Assembly (NCBI GenBank): GCA_963735805.1
Contig: CAVTMK010000004.1
Location: 544,001-608,000, forward strand
Source: an uncultured Verrucomicrobiae bacterium
GTDB taxonomy: Bacteria; Verrucomicrobiota; Verrucomicrobiia; Chthoniobacterales; UBA10450
Reading direction: 5' to 3'
DNA length: 64,000 nucleotides
A program made the position numbers and the translations under genes. Below are positions 40,160 through 49,706 of this stretch, one piece after another. Under the pieces are notes generated by a model that made no database searches, was not told the DNA's origin, and saw only the letters and a list, made by a program, of their open reading frames with translations. Each line of letters starts with the position of its first letter. Position 1 is the first letter of the stretch.

Positions 40160-40266
40160 GCGCCAAAATTGTAGCGGTCCGGGCCTTGGTGAGAACAACA
40201 ATTTCAGATTTGCCGCTGACACTCCGAAAACGCTCGCGAGCAGGTCGTTAAACTGGAGAATCATTT

Positions 40267-40400
40267 GAAACTCATTCGCCGCCTGCACTGATTCTCTCCT
40301 ACTGCCATTCCCAATTGCAGTGCCCGGCTTCCTAGGCACTCTCGCTGCTCTCGGCACGCCTTCCGAAAGCGTGTCGCCGGTTTCCCTAGATCGACAACTT
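40267..40400 (-). mobile_element. possible divergent mini element copy 7 (about 134 bp)
   Basis: TT|gaaactcattcgc...gtgtcgccggtttccctagatcgacaacTT; ends only partly conserved. Confidence 0.4.
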
Positions 40401-40489
40401 TGTGTTGCAACCTCCCGCCGTAAAGTTTTCTCCCGAAAACCGCTCCCGACGTAAAGCTAATTCCCATCAACGCTTCGCGACTTTATTTT

Positions 40490-40600
40490 GATCACTCGCA
40501 CGGCCCAGTGCTTGCGCCAGCTACCCTAGCTGCGTTGCCGTCTGCCCGCGCGATGCCCGATCGCGACGTGTTCTATGTCGCTGGTCCCTTTGGCTCCATT
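40490..40600 (-). mobile_element. mini insertion element copy 8 (111 bp)
   Basis: TT|gatcactcgc...ttctatgtcgctggtccctttggctccaTT. Confidence 0.75.
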
Positions 40601-40681
40601 GAAACTCGCTCGCTTCCCTCTCTCGCTCGTCGCTACCCTCGCGACTTTACCTTCTATGTCGCTTATCCCAGTCGCTCCATT
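40601..40681 (-). mobile_element. mini insertion element copy 9 (81 bp)
   Basis: Near-identical to copy 6 and again followed by the R2 right half. Confidence 0.85.
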
Positions 40682-40770
40682 CGTCCAAAGGCGAATGGAA
40701 CTCCGAAAGAGTTCGCGGGCGGGCCGTTGAATCGGAAAGCAACGAGGAACTTGCCCTACGGGGCACGGGA

Positions 40771-41250
40771 ATGCATCGTCCGGGCGTGGTGACCCTGGTG
40801 ATCGGCGGCTTTGGGTTAGCGGTCCTCGCGATCGTCGTGAGTTCTTTGCGAGAAGCGGCGGCGATGAAGTGCTGGCCTGTGGCGCAAGGCCGGGTGTTGT
40901 CGGCGAAGGTGGAGGAGTACCGGCAGAGTGTCAGCCGTGGAACCGGAGGCCCTCGGGACCGCATGACGCTCTACCGGCCGGTATTGCTTTACGAGTACGA
41001 GGTGGCGGGCAAACTCTTCCGCGGCAGCCGGATTGCGCAAAGTCCGGGGCTGGACCGTGGCGTGCCGGAGTTTGCGGAGAAGATGGTAGACCGTTATCCG
41101 GGCGGGAGCGCGGTGGCGGTGCGCTACAACCCGAGACGGCCGGATGAGTCGGTGCTGGAACCGCGGGTGCCTCGCAGCTGGATCTTCGGAGCCGCGATCG
41201 GTGTCGCGCTGCTACTGCTGGCGGCCTACACCTACCATACAGGGAGGTAA
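40771..41250 (+). CDS. DUF3592 family membrane protein
   Basis: WP..QGRVLS, YEYEVAG, VRYNPRRPDESVL with flanking TMs. Confidence 0.8.
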   Translation: MHRPGVVTLVIGGFGLAVLAIVVSSLREAAAMKCWPVAQGRVLSAKVEEYRQSVSRGTGGPRDRMTLYRPVLLYEYEVAGKLFRGSRIAQSPGLDRGVPEFAEKMVDRYPGGSAVAVRYNPRRPDESVLEPRVPRSWIFGAAIGVALLLLAAYTYHTGR

Positions 41251-41254
41251 GGCG

Positions 41255-41339
41255 GGCTGTCGCCATAATTCGTCCGCCACGGCGGGTTCGTCCAGCGGCG
41301 AATTGAACTCCGAAAGTTTTCGCGAGCGGGTGGTTAAAG
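41255..41339 (+). repeat. composite palindromic repeat R2, empty form
   Basis: ggctgtcgcc..ttcgtccgccacggcgggTTcgtccagcggcgaattgaactccgaaagttttcgcgagcgggtggttaaag. Confidence 0.8.
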
Positions 41340-41448
41340 CGTTAAAGCGGAAAGAAAGTTTCGCGCGGTCGTTCGCGATGCTGCCGCGCGAACTTTGGCA
41401 TCGCGCTGGATGTGCGATTCGTATAAATCTAAGGCGAGTTTTCAAAAA

Positions 41449-41625
41449 ATGTCCCCGCTTTTGATCAAGATCAGCAAGGATTTGAAACTCGCTCGCGTCC
41501 CCGCTTGCTCGCCGTTACCCGTCACGGCTTTACCTTCTATGTCGCTGAACCCCTCAGCTCCATTTGCGACTCTTTGGACGACGATCGATCCAATCGGGAA
41601 CGTGGCGCTTTTTGCCGGGTTGACC
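41449..41625 (+). pseudogene. displaced marC 5' fragment (32 codons) carrying a mini element
   Basis: MSPLLIKISKD[27 aa insert]FATLWTTIDPIGNVALFAGLT, same protein as the N-terminus at 43474. Confidence 0.88.
41484..41564 (-). mobile_element. mini insertion element copy 10 (81 bp)
   Basis: aaggatTT|gaaactcgctcgc...cagctccaTT|tgcgact; removal restores AAG GAT TTT GCG ACT. Confidence 0.88.
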
Positions 41626-41679
41626 GGTTCGTTCGTTTCCAGATAAGACCAAAATCATTCGCTCAACGAAAATTCGACC

Positions 41680-43251
41680 ATGAAAACCAGAACTCCTGCG
41701 CAATTCGTCATTTTCAATTCGGGTTTCTTAATCGGTCTATGCGTTTTCCTGTTTGCCGGTCTTCTGCTCGCTTTAGGCGAGTTCGCCACGGCTCAATCAA
41801 GCCTGGCAAGCCAAACGCCAAAGGCCGCGCACCGAGAAAATCTCAAATCCGGTTTCGGAGAAATCCAGTCTTCTCGGAGAGATACGTTGCGCCCTCTGGG
41901 TGGGCAATGTGTTACTCTCCGTGGCCCGATCCTGACTCTGTCCGAGTCCTTAGACATCGCTTCGGTCGATACGGCTCCCGCCGCATTCAACAGTCAGGCT
42001 GACGAATTCCTCATAAGCTGGGACCAATTTATTGGCACAAACTGGGCTGTATACGATCAGCGTCTCGCGGTTGATGGCACGCTTCTTGGTGAAAACAATC
42101 CGATCATAGAGGGGACCGATACCTTTATCGAACCGGCGGTCGCCTGCAATCCTGATACCGATCAGTACTTCGTCACCTGGCGATTCCAAGGGGGCGATCC
42201 GGGCACGCCGGGCTTTAATAATGCTTTTGGCCAGCTCCTGGATAGCTCTGGTATTCCGATTGGCGATGTCGTTCACGTCTCCAACGCTGGCCTCGAACAG
42301 ACACTGGTATTTAACTCTGTCACTGGCGAGTTTGGACACCATGCACGCGACTTTGATGGTGGCGGAATCCCGGGAATCTACTTCCGGGGGATTGCTGGCG
42401 ATGGCACACCGCTCGCGTCGCCGACGCCGATCACCACCGCTGGAGCGCCCGCGCCAGCTGGTGAAATCGGTGTGAATACAACCACTGGCGATTATCTCTC
42501 GACCTGGCGAGATCAAGTGGATGAAGATCTCAAGGGCCGACTCCTGGATAGCAACGGAATGCCGTTGACGGATCCGTTTGAGATCAGTGACGTCTTTCCC
42601 GGCTCTACGCTCGCCGCGGGTGTGGCCTACGACGCAGCAGCGGACCAGTACCTGGTCGTATTCACCGATTTTAGCTCCCCAAACCCCCTCTTTGGGCAGT
42701 TTGTGACCGCCTCCGGCGAACCAATAGGGCCCTTGATACCGATAGCTACGCAAAGCGGAGCTAGTTTTGCGGGCTTGGCATTCGATCCTATCAATGGGGT
42801 TTACCTGGTCAGATGGACAGATCCGAATTCTGGCATTGTTTGGGTGCAGCTATTGTCTTCTGATGGACTCGTGCTCGGCGAAGCAGTGAACGTTTTTGAA
42901 GGCACAATCCAGTCTTTCGCTCGCGGCTCGGTAGTCGCTAACAAGAATGAAGGCGGCTTCCTCGTCACCGCCGTGCAGACTACCGACCAAGGAAACCAGC
43001 AAGTGATCGCTCGTTTTGTTGACGTGGTTAGTGCGTGCTTGCCCAGTCCAACACCGACACCCAGTGTAACGCCAACTCCTAACCCTACTGCGACTCCCAC
43101 GCCAACTCCCAGTCCTACAGCGACACCTACACCTACCTCCACAGTAACACCTAGTCCTACCCCGGTGGTTACACCGACGCCAACACCTGAACCGAGACCT
43201 ACTCCGTTGCCAAGGCCGCGTCCCACGCCGCATCCGCGCCCGAGCCCGTAA
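41680..43251 (+). CDS. secreted beta-propeller-like repeat protein with Pro/Thr linker and Pro/Arg tail
   Basis: Repeated 'A(F/Y)(N/D)..DQYLV.W...(G)QL...G' units; C-terminal (TP)n [18 protein letters not shown]. Confidence 0.75.
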   Translation: MKTRTPAQFVIFNSGFLIGLCVFLFAGLLLALGEFATAQSSLASQTPKAAHRENLKSGFGEIQSSRRDTLRPLGGQCVTLRGPILTLSESLDIASVDTAPAAFNSQADEFLISWDQFIGTNWAVYDQRLAVDGTLLGENNPIIEGTDTFIEPAVACNPDTDQYFVTWRFQGGDPGTPGFNNAFGQLLDSSGIPIGDVVHVSNAGLEQTLVFNSVTGEFGHHARDFDGGGIPGIYFRGIAGDGTPLASPTPITTAGAPAPAGEIGVNTTTGDYLSTWRDQVDEDLKGRLLDSNGMPLTDPFEISDVFPGSTLAAGVAYDAAADQYLVVFTDFSSPNPLFGQFVTASGEPIGPLIPIATQSGASFAGLAFDPINGVYLVRWTDPNSGIVWVQLLSSDGLVLGEAVNVFEGTIQSFARGSVVANKNEGGFLVTAVQTTDQGNQQVIARFVDVVSACLPSPTPTPSVTPTPNPTATPTPTPSPTATPTPTSTVTPSPTPVVTPTPTPEPRPTPLPRPRPTPHPRPSP

Positions 43252-43283
43252 TGGGATAGTGATCGGCGGTAGCAAATTTACCC

Positions 43284-43339
43284 ATGTCGCCTCTGTTAAT
43301 TAAGATTAGTAAGGATTTTGCTTCGCTCTGGACGACGAT
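43284..43339 (+). pseudogene. second displaced marC 5' fragment (18 codons)
   Basis: atgtcgcctctgttaattaagattagtaaggattttgcttcgctctggacgacg = MSPLLIKISKDFASLWTT. Confidence 0.82.
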
Positions 43340-43473
43340 GGCTCTCGCCGCGTGAATCGTTGAAACGTTAAAGCGTTGAATCGGAAGAATACTTTCACGC
43401 CATAGCGTGCGCCGTATCACCGCAAATTTTGTCTCGCTGTCGAGCTGTCCGTTTGTATAAAGCACATATTTCC

Positions 43474-44109
43474 ATGTCCCCTTTGCTCATCAAGATCAGT
43501 AAGGATTTCGCAACGCTATGGACCACCATTGACCCGATTGGAAATGTAGCGCTTTTCGCCGGGTTGACAGCTGGGCTCACCCGGGCACAGCGACATTGGA
43601 CAGCGCTCCGCGGTGTGATCTACGCCACGATCATCCTCGTGGCCGCCGGGACCGTCGGCCAGGTCATTCTCGACGCGATCGGCATTCACATGCACTCGCT
43701 CAAAGTGGCCGGCGGCATCATTCTGTTCCTGTTCGGTGTTCAGATGCTTTTCGGCAAAATGGATTCAAAGACGGAGAGATCGCCATCGCCGGAGGAGGGG
43801 CGCGATCTAGCGGTGTTCCCGCTGGCGGTGCCTTCCATCGCCGGACCGGGCGCAATGATGGCGGTGATCGTCTTGACTGATAACGATGTCTATACGGTGC
43901 CGGAGCGGCTCGAAACTGGTGTGGTCCTTGTGGTGGTGCTTTTCATCACATATCTCCTGCTGCTTTTTTCGGATGGAATTCTGCGGGTGATTGGGCGACA
44001 GGGCGCGTCCGTCCTGGTCCGTGTAATGGGACTCATCCTTTGCTCTCTGGCAGTGGAAATCGTGCTGACGGCGCTCGGTGTCGGCGGCTGGACGGCGGGT
44101 GCGCACTAG
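43474..44109 (+). CDS. marC: MarC family membrane protein
   Basis: IDPIGN, AGGIILF, FPLAVPSIAGPG, RVMGLIL. Confidence 0.9.
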   Translation: MSPLLIKISKDFATLWTTIDPIGNVALFAGLTAGLTRAQRHWTALRGVIYATIILVAAGTVGQVILDAIGIHMHSLKVAGGIILFLFGVQMLFGKMDSKTERSPSPEEGRDLAVFPLAVPSIAGPGAMMAVIVLTDNDVYTVPERLETGVVLVVVLFITYLLLLFSDGILRVIGRQGASVLVRVMGLILCSLAVEIVLTALGVGGWTAGAH

Positions 44110-44177
44110 CGGCTGTCGCCGCGTGAAGCGTTAAAGGGTTGAAGGGTTGAAGCGTTAAAGCGGGAGATACGAATGGA

Positions 44178-45995
44178 ATGTCCATGCATCGAAGAAGCTT
44201 CTTGACGCGCCTTGTTTTAGGCGGTCTGGCGTTTCTTGTTCGGCAAAACTGGCTTCTCGGAGCGGAATTTCCGAAGGGTCTTGTTCGACGTGTCCGTCCG
44301 TCGGATGCGGGCTGGCCCAGCGCTGGAGAATGGCAAAAGCTGAACGATGCGGTTGGCGGAAGGTTGATCAAAGTGCAACCGCTGTTCGCAGGTTGTAACG
44401 ACGATCGGAAAGGCGCCTTATGCGTTGAGGCACTGGAAAACATGCGCAATCCTTTTTGGCTCGCCGATCAGCCCGCCGGAACAGAAACATCCGGATGGTT
44501 CGACGCCTGGGTATCCGCACCAAGCGTGTATGCAGTAGCCGCCCGAAATGCCACAGATGTAGCAGCCGGGGTGAATTTTGCGCGGGAACACCGGTTGCGG
44601 CTAGCGGTGAAAGGTGGCGCTCATAGTTATCAAGGCACTTCAAATTCTGCCGATTCATTGCTGATCTGGACCCGAAAGATGAGTGACGTGCGTTTGCACG
44701 ACAGCTTTGTTCCCGAAGGATGTGAAGGTAAAGTAGCCCCGGTTCCTGCAGTAACCGCGGAAGCCGGCGCGGTTTGGAGTGATCTGTATAACGCCGTGAC
44801 GACTGAAGCTGGCCGCTATGTCCAGGGCGGCGGTTGCACCACCGTAGGCGTTGCTGGACTAGTCCAAAGCGGAGGTTTCGGCAGTTTCTCGAAAGGTTTC
44901 GGCACTGCGGCATCGAGCCTTTTGGAAGCGGAAGTGGTGACTGCGGATGGAATTGTGCGGACGGTGAATGCCGGTCGCGATGCCGATCTTTTTTGGGCAC
45001 TGAAAGGCGGCGGCGGCGGAAGTTGGGGTGTAGTGACAAAGGTAACTCTCGAGACATATGAGCTACCGGAATTCTTTGGAGGCGCGAAGGGCAAGATCAA
45101 AGCCAGATCGGATGAAGCTTATCGAAGGTTACTCGCCCGATTCGTCAGCTTTTATTATGAGGCGCTTTTCAATCCACGCTGGGGCGAACAAGCTGTGTTG
45201 GAAGGCGATAACACGCTCAAGCTCTCGTTTGTAATGCAGGGACTGACCGGCCCGCAAGCGCGCGAGGTTTGGAAGCCCTTCTTTGAATGGGTCAAAGAAG
45301 CGTCACAGGACTATTCCATCCTCGAAGAACTCAGAGCTGGAGCGATAAAAGCGAGAGGGTGGTGGCAGTTCGACGAAGGCGGTTCGCTGATTCGCGATCA
45401 ACGCGATGGTGCACGGAAATATCATGGTTGGTGGAAGGGCGATGCGGACCAGGTGGGATTCTTTATTACCGGTTTCGAGTCGGCATGGCTTCCGGCTTCA
45501 TTACTCGAAAAGGAAAATCAGGGAAAACTGGTGGACGCGCTCTTCGCCAGCACTCGTTTCAACACCGTCGAATTACATTTTAACAAAGGTTTAGCTGGAG
45601 CTGCGGCCAATGTGGTGGCAGCGGCCACACAGACAGCTACCAACCCATTAGTCACTGAAGCTTTTGCTTTAGCGATTACGGCTGATGCCCAACAGCCGGC
45701 CTATCCCGGCCAGCCGAAAGCAGTCATTGACAAAGATGCGGCGAAGAACAGTGCGCGCGCCGTCGACAACGCCATCGCAGAACTGCGGAAGGTGGCTCCT
45801 CACGGCGGCTCCTATGTTTCCGAAAGTAACTATTTCAATAATTCGTGGCAGGAAGCTTTCTGGGGAACTAATTATCCAAAGCTCCGAGCAATAAAGGCGA
45901 AGTACGATCCCGACTGTTTATTTTTCGTCCATCACGGAGTCGGTACCGAAAATTGGAGCGCGGACGGATTTGCTCAATTGACCGGTCATGCCTGA
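44178..45995 (+). CDS. FAD-binding oxidoreductase with berberine-bridge-like C-terminus, Tat substrate
   Basis: HRRSFL leader; KGGAHSY, LFWALKGGGGG, FWGTNY.KL..IK.KYDP. Confidence 0.88.
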   Translation: MSMHRRSFLTRLVLGGLAFLVRQNWLLGAEFPKGLVRRVRPSDAGWPSAGEWQKLNDAVGGRLIKVQPLFAGCNDDRKGALCVEALENMRNPFWLADQPAGTETSGWFDAWVSAPSVYAVAARNATDVAAGVNFAREHRLRLAVKGGAHSYQGTSNSADSLLIWTRKMSDVRLHDSFVPEGCEGKVAPVPAVTAEAGAVWSDLYNAVTTEAGRYVQGGGCTTVGVAGLVQSGGFGSFSKGFGTAASSLLEAEVVTADGIVRTVNAGRDADLFWALKGGGGGSWGVVTKVTLETYELPEFFGGAKGKIKARSDEAYRRLLARFVSFYYEALFNPRWGEQAVLEGDNTLKLSFVMQGLTGPQAREVWKPFFEWVKEASQDYSILEELRAGAIKARGWWQFDEGGSLIRDQRDGARKYHGWWKGDADQVGFFITGFESAWLPASLLEKENQGKLVDALFASTRFNTVELHFNKGLAGAAANVVAAATQTATNPLVTEAFALAITADAQQPAYPGQPKAVIDKDAAKNSARAVDNAIAELRKVAPHGGSYVSESNYFNNSWQEAFWGTNYPKLRAIKAKYDPDCLFFVHHGVGTENWSADGFAQLTGHA

Positions 45996-46009
45996 AGTGG
46001 TTGAGCAAA

Positions 46010-46415
46010 GCAGCTCGATGAGTTCAATCGTGTCGTCACGGTAACGATCGATGGTCAACGTCGGCGCGAGCGTCTTGGGATCGTTGAGCGGATAAGAACG
46101 CCCGGCGACGACAGTGAAGAAGTCTTCCCATGGACGCTGGAACGCCAACCCGAAAGACATCTCGACAGCGCCCGGACCACCATGGATGTAGATCAGGATC
46201 GGGTTGCCGCGGTCGGCGCCACGCACGTTAACGACCTGCCGCGCACCGCCCAACACAGCCTCGAATGTCTCCTGCACGTCATTGGGAGTCACGATCCGAT
46301 CGAGATCAGCAACGATCGCGCGGCCGGGAGCATAGATGTCAGTCGTCTCCGGCATCTGCGCCATACTGTCTCCGGCAACGGCGATCAAAAGCGACAGAAC
46401 GCGTAAGCGGATCAT
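46010..46415 (-). pseudogene. truncated proline-iminopeptidase-like alpha/beta hydrolase
   Basis: IHGGPG present; expected QWDQRG missing between FTVV and AGRSY; similarity ends before the nucleophile. Confidence 0.7.
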
Positions 46416-46469
46416 CAGTTCATTTGGTCCGTGCAAAGGCTACGGTCTAACGAGAATTGGACTGCATCC

Positions 46470-46946
46470 CTATGTCTGTACGCCCGTCTGGATGGACTCG
46501 AGCTCTCGAATGTAGTCGGCGGGTAGCTGCCAGTGCTTTGCACCTGTTACAATAAGGTTTTTGTAATCGCAATCGGGCAATGGTGGATTGGGTTGGGGAT
46601 GGCCGCGATAGAGTGCAACGAGAAGCAGTCGTGTCGCATCGCCGTCGCGCCAGACGTAATGATTTTCGCGGGTGTACTCGTTTTCGTCGTCGGGGCGTTT
46701 GGGGTTGAAGTCTTCGTCCTTGTCCAGGTTTCCCAATTCATTTTCGAGGAGCTCGTAAACGACACCCCAGACATCTTTCGTTTCATCGCGCAAGATGTCT
46801 GCAACGCCACATCGCCGCCTGCAAGACCTCAGCGTAAAGGCAAGCCGATGTGACGGCAGTTTTCCCCGACAAACAAACGTTGCCGATGGACAGCGCTCCG
46901 TCATCTGCGCCGCGTGCATATTTGAGCCGTATGCGAAATACAACAT
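46470..46946 (-). CDS. gamma-glutamylcyclotransferase family protein
   Basis: YFAYGSNM, VWGVVYEL...LDKDE. Confidence 0.85.
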   Translation of the reverse strand: MLYFAYGSNMHAAQMTERCPSATFVCRGKLPSHRLAFTLRSCRRRCGVADILRDETKDVWGVVYELLENELGNLDKDEDFNPKRPDDENEYTRENHYVWRDGDATRLLLVALYRGHPQPNPPLPDCDYKNLIVTGAKHWQLPADYIRELESIQTGVQT

Positions 46947-46987
46947 CGGTGTTCCAAATTCCAGGCGACACGCCTGCCGCTACGGAT

Positions 46988-48394
46988 CTAATGTTTCTTG
47001 TATCCAAAGAAACCGCGACCGCGGATAATGTCTGCAACTTGCGGCGGCACCATCTCGTCCCAGCTTTCATCCCCCTCAGCGATGCGTTTGAGGACGTCCC
47101 GGGAAAAGATCGGCAGATATTTGGAATTATAATTATCAAGCTGCACGAAACTGCCGCGACCGAGCAGATAACTGTAGAGCGGTTGCAGGTCCGGTTTCAC
47201 CTGCACTGTGTGAATGGTTTCTAATTCGTCGGCGGGTGTCCGCTGCTTCGGATAGACATAAACTTTCAAGTCGTTCTTAAAGAGGCGTCCGAAGTTCTCG
47301 AGAATGCCGCCGGGCAAGTCGGCATAATATTTTTCGTCGAAGAGCTCATACACACTCGGCACGCCCATGACGATGCCGATGCGTTCGCGTGTCCGCCACG
47401 CAAGATAAGCGGCCAGCCGATAGTATTGGAAGTAATCGGAGATGAGCACTGTCATGCCACAGGCGCCGAGGACCTCGGCGCGCCCGAGAAAATCACGACG
47501 GTCAACGTCTTTGCCGCCGGCCAGCAGGTTGCGCATAGTCAGTTCCATCAGACCAAGAATCGGTTTGTTCTCCACAGCCGGTTCTTTTTTGAACTTCGCC
47601 AGGGCGCACTGAAACATGTCGAGGTTCACATAGGTGACTGGACGAAAACTGCCGCGCTCGACCAGCACGGCTTTGTTATGCAACACGTCGGACGGCTGGA
47701 GCACTTCGCGGTCCGGGCCAAACATCGCTGCGCCGCTTAGCCCGATCTGGACGAGCTTGAGCGCCATGATGCGGTTGTCCACGTTGCGAAACTCGATTCC
47801 GCTGAACTCGAGCATGTCGATCTCGAGGCGACGCGTGGTGAGGCTATCGAGCAGCGATTCGACGAGTTCCTCCGGCACGTGACTGAGGAAAAATGCGCCG
47901 TAACAAAGGTTAACGCCCACAATGCCGAGCGCCTCTTGTTGCGCCGATGCTTCCTCGTCGAGCATGCGTATGTGCATCACGATCTGGCTGGGTTCATCGT
48001 TGGCGCGGCTCTGAAACTTGATTCCCATCCAGCCGTGGCACTCGTTAGTCCCGCGATAGCTCCGCGCCACGACTGTATCGGCGAAAGCGAAGAACGAAGT
48101 GTTATCGCCGCGCTCCGCTGCCAGGCGTTCGATGTCGAGGCCAAATTCGTAGTCGAGCATCGCCTGTAGCCGGTTGCGCGAAACGTACCGGTCAACGTGC
48201 CCGTAGATGGCGTCGCTCACTTTCATGTCGTAAGCCGAGATGCTCTTTGCGACTGTCCCCGCTGCGCCGCCGACCCTGAAAAACCAGCGCACCACTTCCT
48301 GGCCCGCACCGATCTCAGCAAAGGTACCGTACCAGCGCGGATCGATATTGATCCTAAGCGCCTTGGAATGGGTGTCGGTTGGTTCCTCTTTCAC
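46988..48394 (-). CDS. conserved nucleotidyltransferase-like protein
   Basis: YGTFAEIGAGQEVVRWFF, ERGSFRPVT, IFSRDVL. Confidence 0.75.
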   Translation of the reverse strand: MKEEPTDTHSKALRINIDPRWYGTFAEIGAGQEVVRWFFRVGGAAGTVAKSISAYDMKVSDAIYGHVDRYVSRNRLQAMLDYEFGLDIERLAAERGDNTSFFAFADTVVARSYRGTNECHGWMGIKFQSRANDEPSQIVMHIRMLDEEASAQQEALGIVGVNLCYGAFFLSHVPEELVESLLDSLTTRRLEIDMLEFSGIEFRNVDNRIMALKLVQIGLSGAAMFGPDREVLQPSDVLHNKAVLVERGSFRPVTYVNLDMFQCALAKFKKEPAVENKPILGLMELTMRNLLAGGKDVDRRDFLGRAEVLGACGMTVLISDYFQYYRLAAYLAWRTRERIGIVMGVPSVYELFDEKYYADLPGGILENFGRLFKNDLKVYVYPKQRTPADELETIHTVQVKPDLQPLYSYLLGRGSFVQLDNYNSKYLPIFSRDVLKRIAEGDESWDEMVPPQVADIIRGRGFFGYKKH

Positions 48395-48520
48395 GGGGTG
48401 AGGGCAGGAAATGTACTAAACCCTCGGCGCACGAAACGCGAGAGTTTCCAAGTAATATTTACGTTACAGGATTTAACCCCGTGCTTGTTGATTAGAGGCG
48501 CTCTTGCAAACACGTCGCGC

Positions 48521-48746
48521 TGCAGCCACGGCGCTGTGTCGCCGTGCCGCCGAGGGCAACAGCACAGAAAAGCCTCGACACTCGCCACCGCGAGTAAACT
48601 CTGAGGCGGCTACAACATTCGTGAAACGCCAGAGGCATTTCAGTGACATTGGATCTCGGTGTCCGCGGTCGGCGCCCGCGGTTACAGAATTGCGGCTGAC
48701 ACAGACGCCACTAAGACGACGCAGGCGATACGCCTGCCACTACAGC
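48521..48746. repeat. dense cluster of GTAG/CTAC REP elements
   Basis: Units shared with 13010, 15053-15125, 20005, 46965, 49730, 59229-59317 and 62279-62355. Confidence 0.75.
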
Positions 48747-48887
48747 GGGTGAAACGCGAGACGCATTTCGGTAACGTTTGCGTTACCGAACGATAGGTCG
48801 AATTGCTTGCGGCTGGTTCAATCATTGTGTCTTGTCACCACTCACAATAATTCCGACGAAACAAAACCAACCGATTACCTTTACGTT

Positions 48888-49706
48888 ATGAATCCTCCAG
48901 CGAATCCAAATAAAGCACTCTGGGAAAAAGGCGATTTCACGCGCATTGCCGACACCATGCGCGAAAGCGGGGAGGGGCTGGTGCAGCGACTGGGAATCAC
49001 GAAGGAACTGAAAGTGCTCGATCTCGGCTGCGGCGATGGCACCACGGCGTTTCCCGCGGCGAAACTGGGCGCAGACGTGCTGGGCGTCGATATCGCGCGG
49101 AACCTGGTCGAGGCCGGCAACAAGCGGGCTGCGGAGCAAGGCCTGAACAACCTCAAGTTTCAGGAAGGGGATGCGTCCAATCTGGAGCAGTTGCCGGACA
49201 AGTCCTTTGATCTCGTGGTCAGCATCTTCGGCGCAATGTTCGCGCCCAAGCCGTTCGACGTGGCAAAAGAGATGGTGCGCGTGACGCGACCGTGGGGTCG
49301 CATTGTTATGGGTAACTGGATTCCGAATGATCCGACACTGGTGGCGCAGATTTTGAAGATCAGTTCGAATTACACGCCGCCACCGCCGGAAGGCTTCGTT
49401 AGTCCAGTGATGTGGGGCATTGAAAGCAACGTGATCGAGCGTTTTGGAGCGGCAGGAGTTCCGGCGAAGAACATTTCGTTCGCGCGAGACACGTTCACTT
49501 TCAATTTCCCGGGCACACCCGCGGCGTTGGTGGATGAATTCAGAAAATATTATGGGCCGACCATGAACGCGTTTGAAGCCGCGGAAAAAAAAGGCCGCGC
49601 GGCTGAGCTACAGAAAGAACTGGAAGAGTTGTTCGACAGCCAGAACAAAAGTCAAACTGCCACTTCTATTCCCGCAACCTTCCTCCGCGTTACGGTTACT
49701 ATTTGA
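48888..49706 (+). CDS. class I SAM-dependent methyltransferase
   Basis: VLDLGCGDG, FDLVVSIFGAMF. Confidence 0.9.
   Translation: MNPPANPNKALWEKGDFTRIADTMRESGEGLVQRLGITKELKVLDLGCGDGTTAFPAAKLGADVLGVDIARNLVEAGNKRAAEQGLNNLKFQEGDASNLEQLPDKSFDLVVSIFGAMFAPKPFDVAKEMVRVTRPWGRIVMGNWIPNDPTLVAQILKISSNYTPPPPEGFVSPVMWGIESNVIERFGAAGVPAKNISFARDTFTFNFPGTPAALVDEFRKYYGPTMNAFEAAEKKGRAAELQKELEELFDSQNKSQTATSIPATFLRVTVTI

Noticed and set aside
40160..40357. N-terminal extension of hicA ORF 39911..40357
   Set aside because: Passes through repeat-derived sequence; HicA similarity starts at ATG 40159.
39395..41350. Classical integron/attC array
   Set aside because: GTTRRRY-like ends occur but without RYYYAAC partner arms; genes face both ways; no intI.
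33998..41564. Repeats as a CRISPR array
   Set aside because: Units are 73-134 bp, irregularly spaced and in both orientations; no constant repeat-spacer period and no cas genes.
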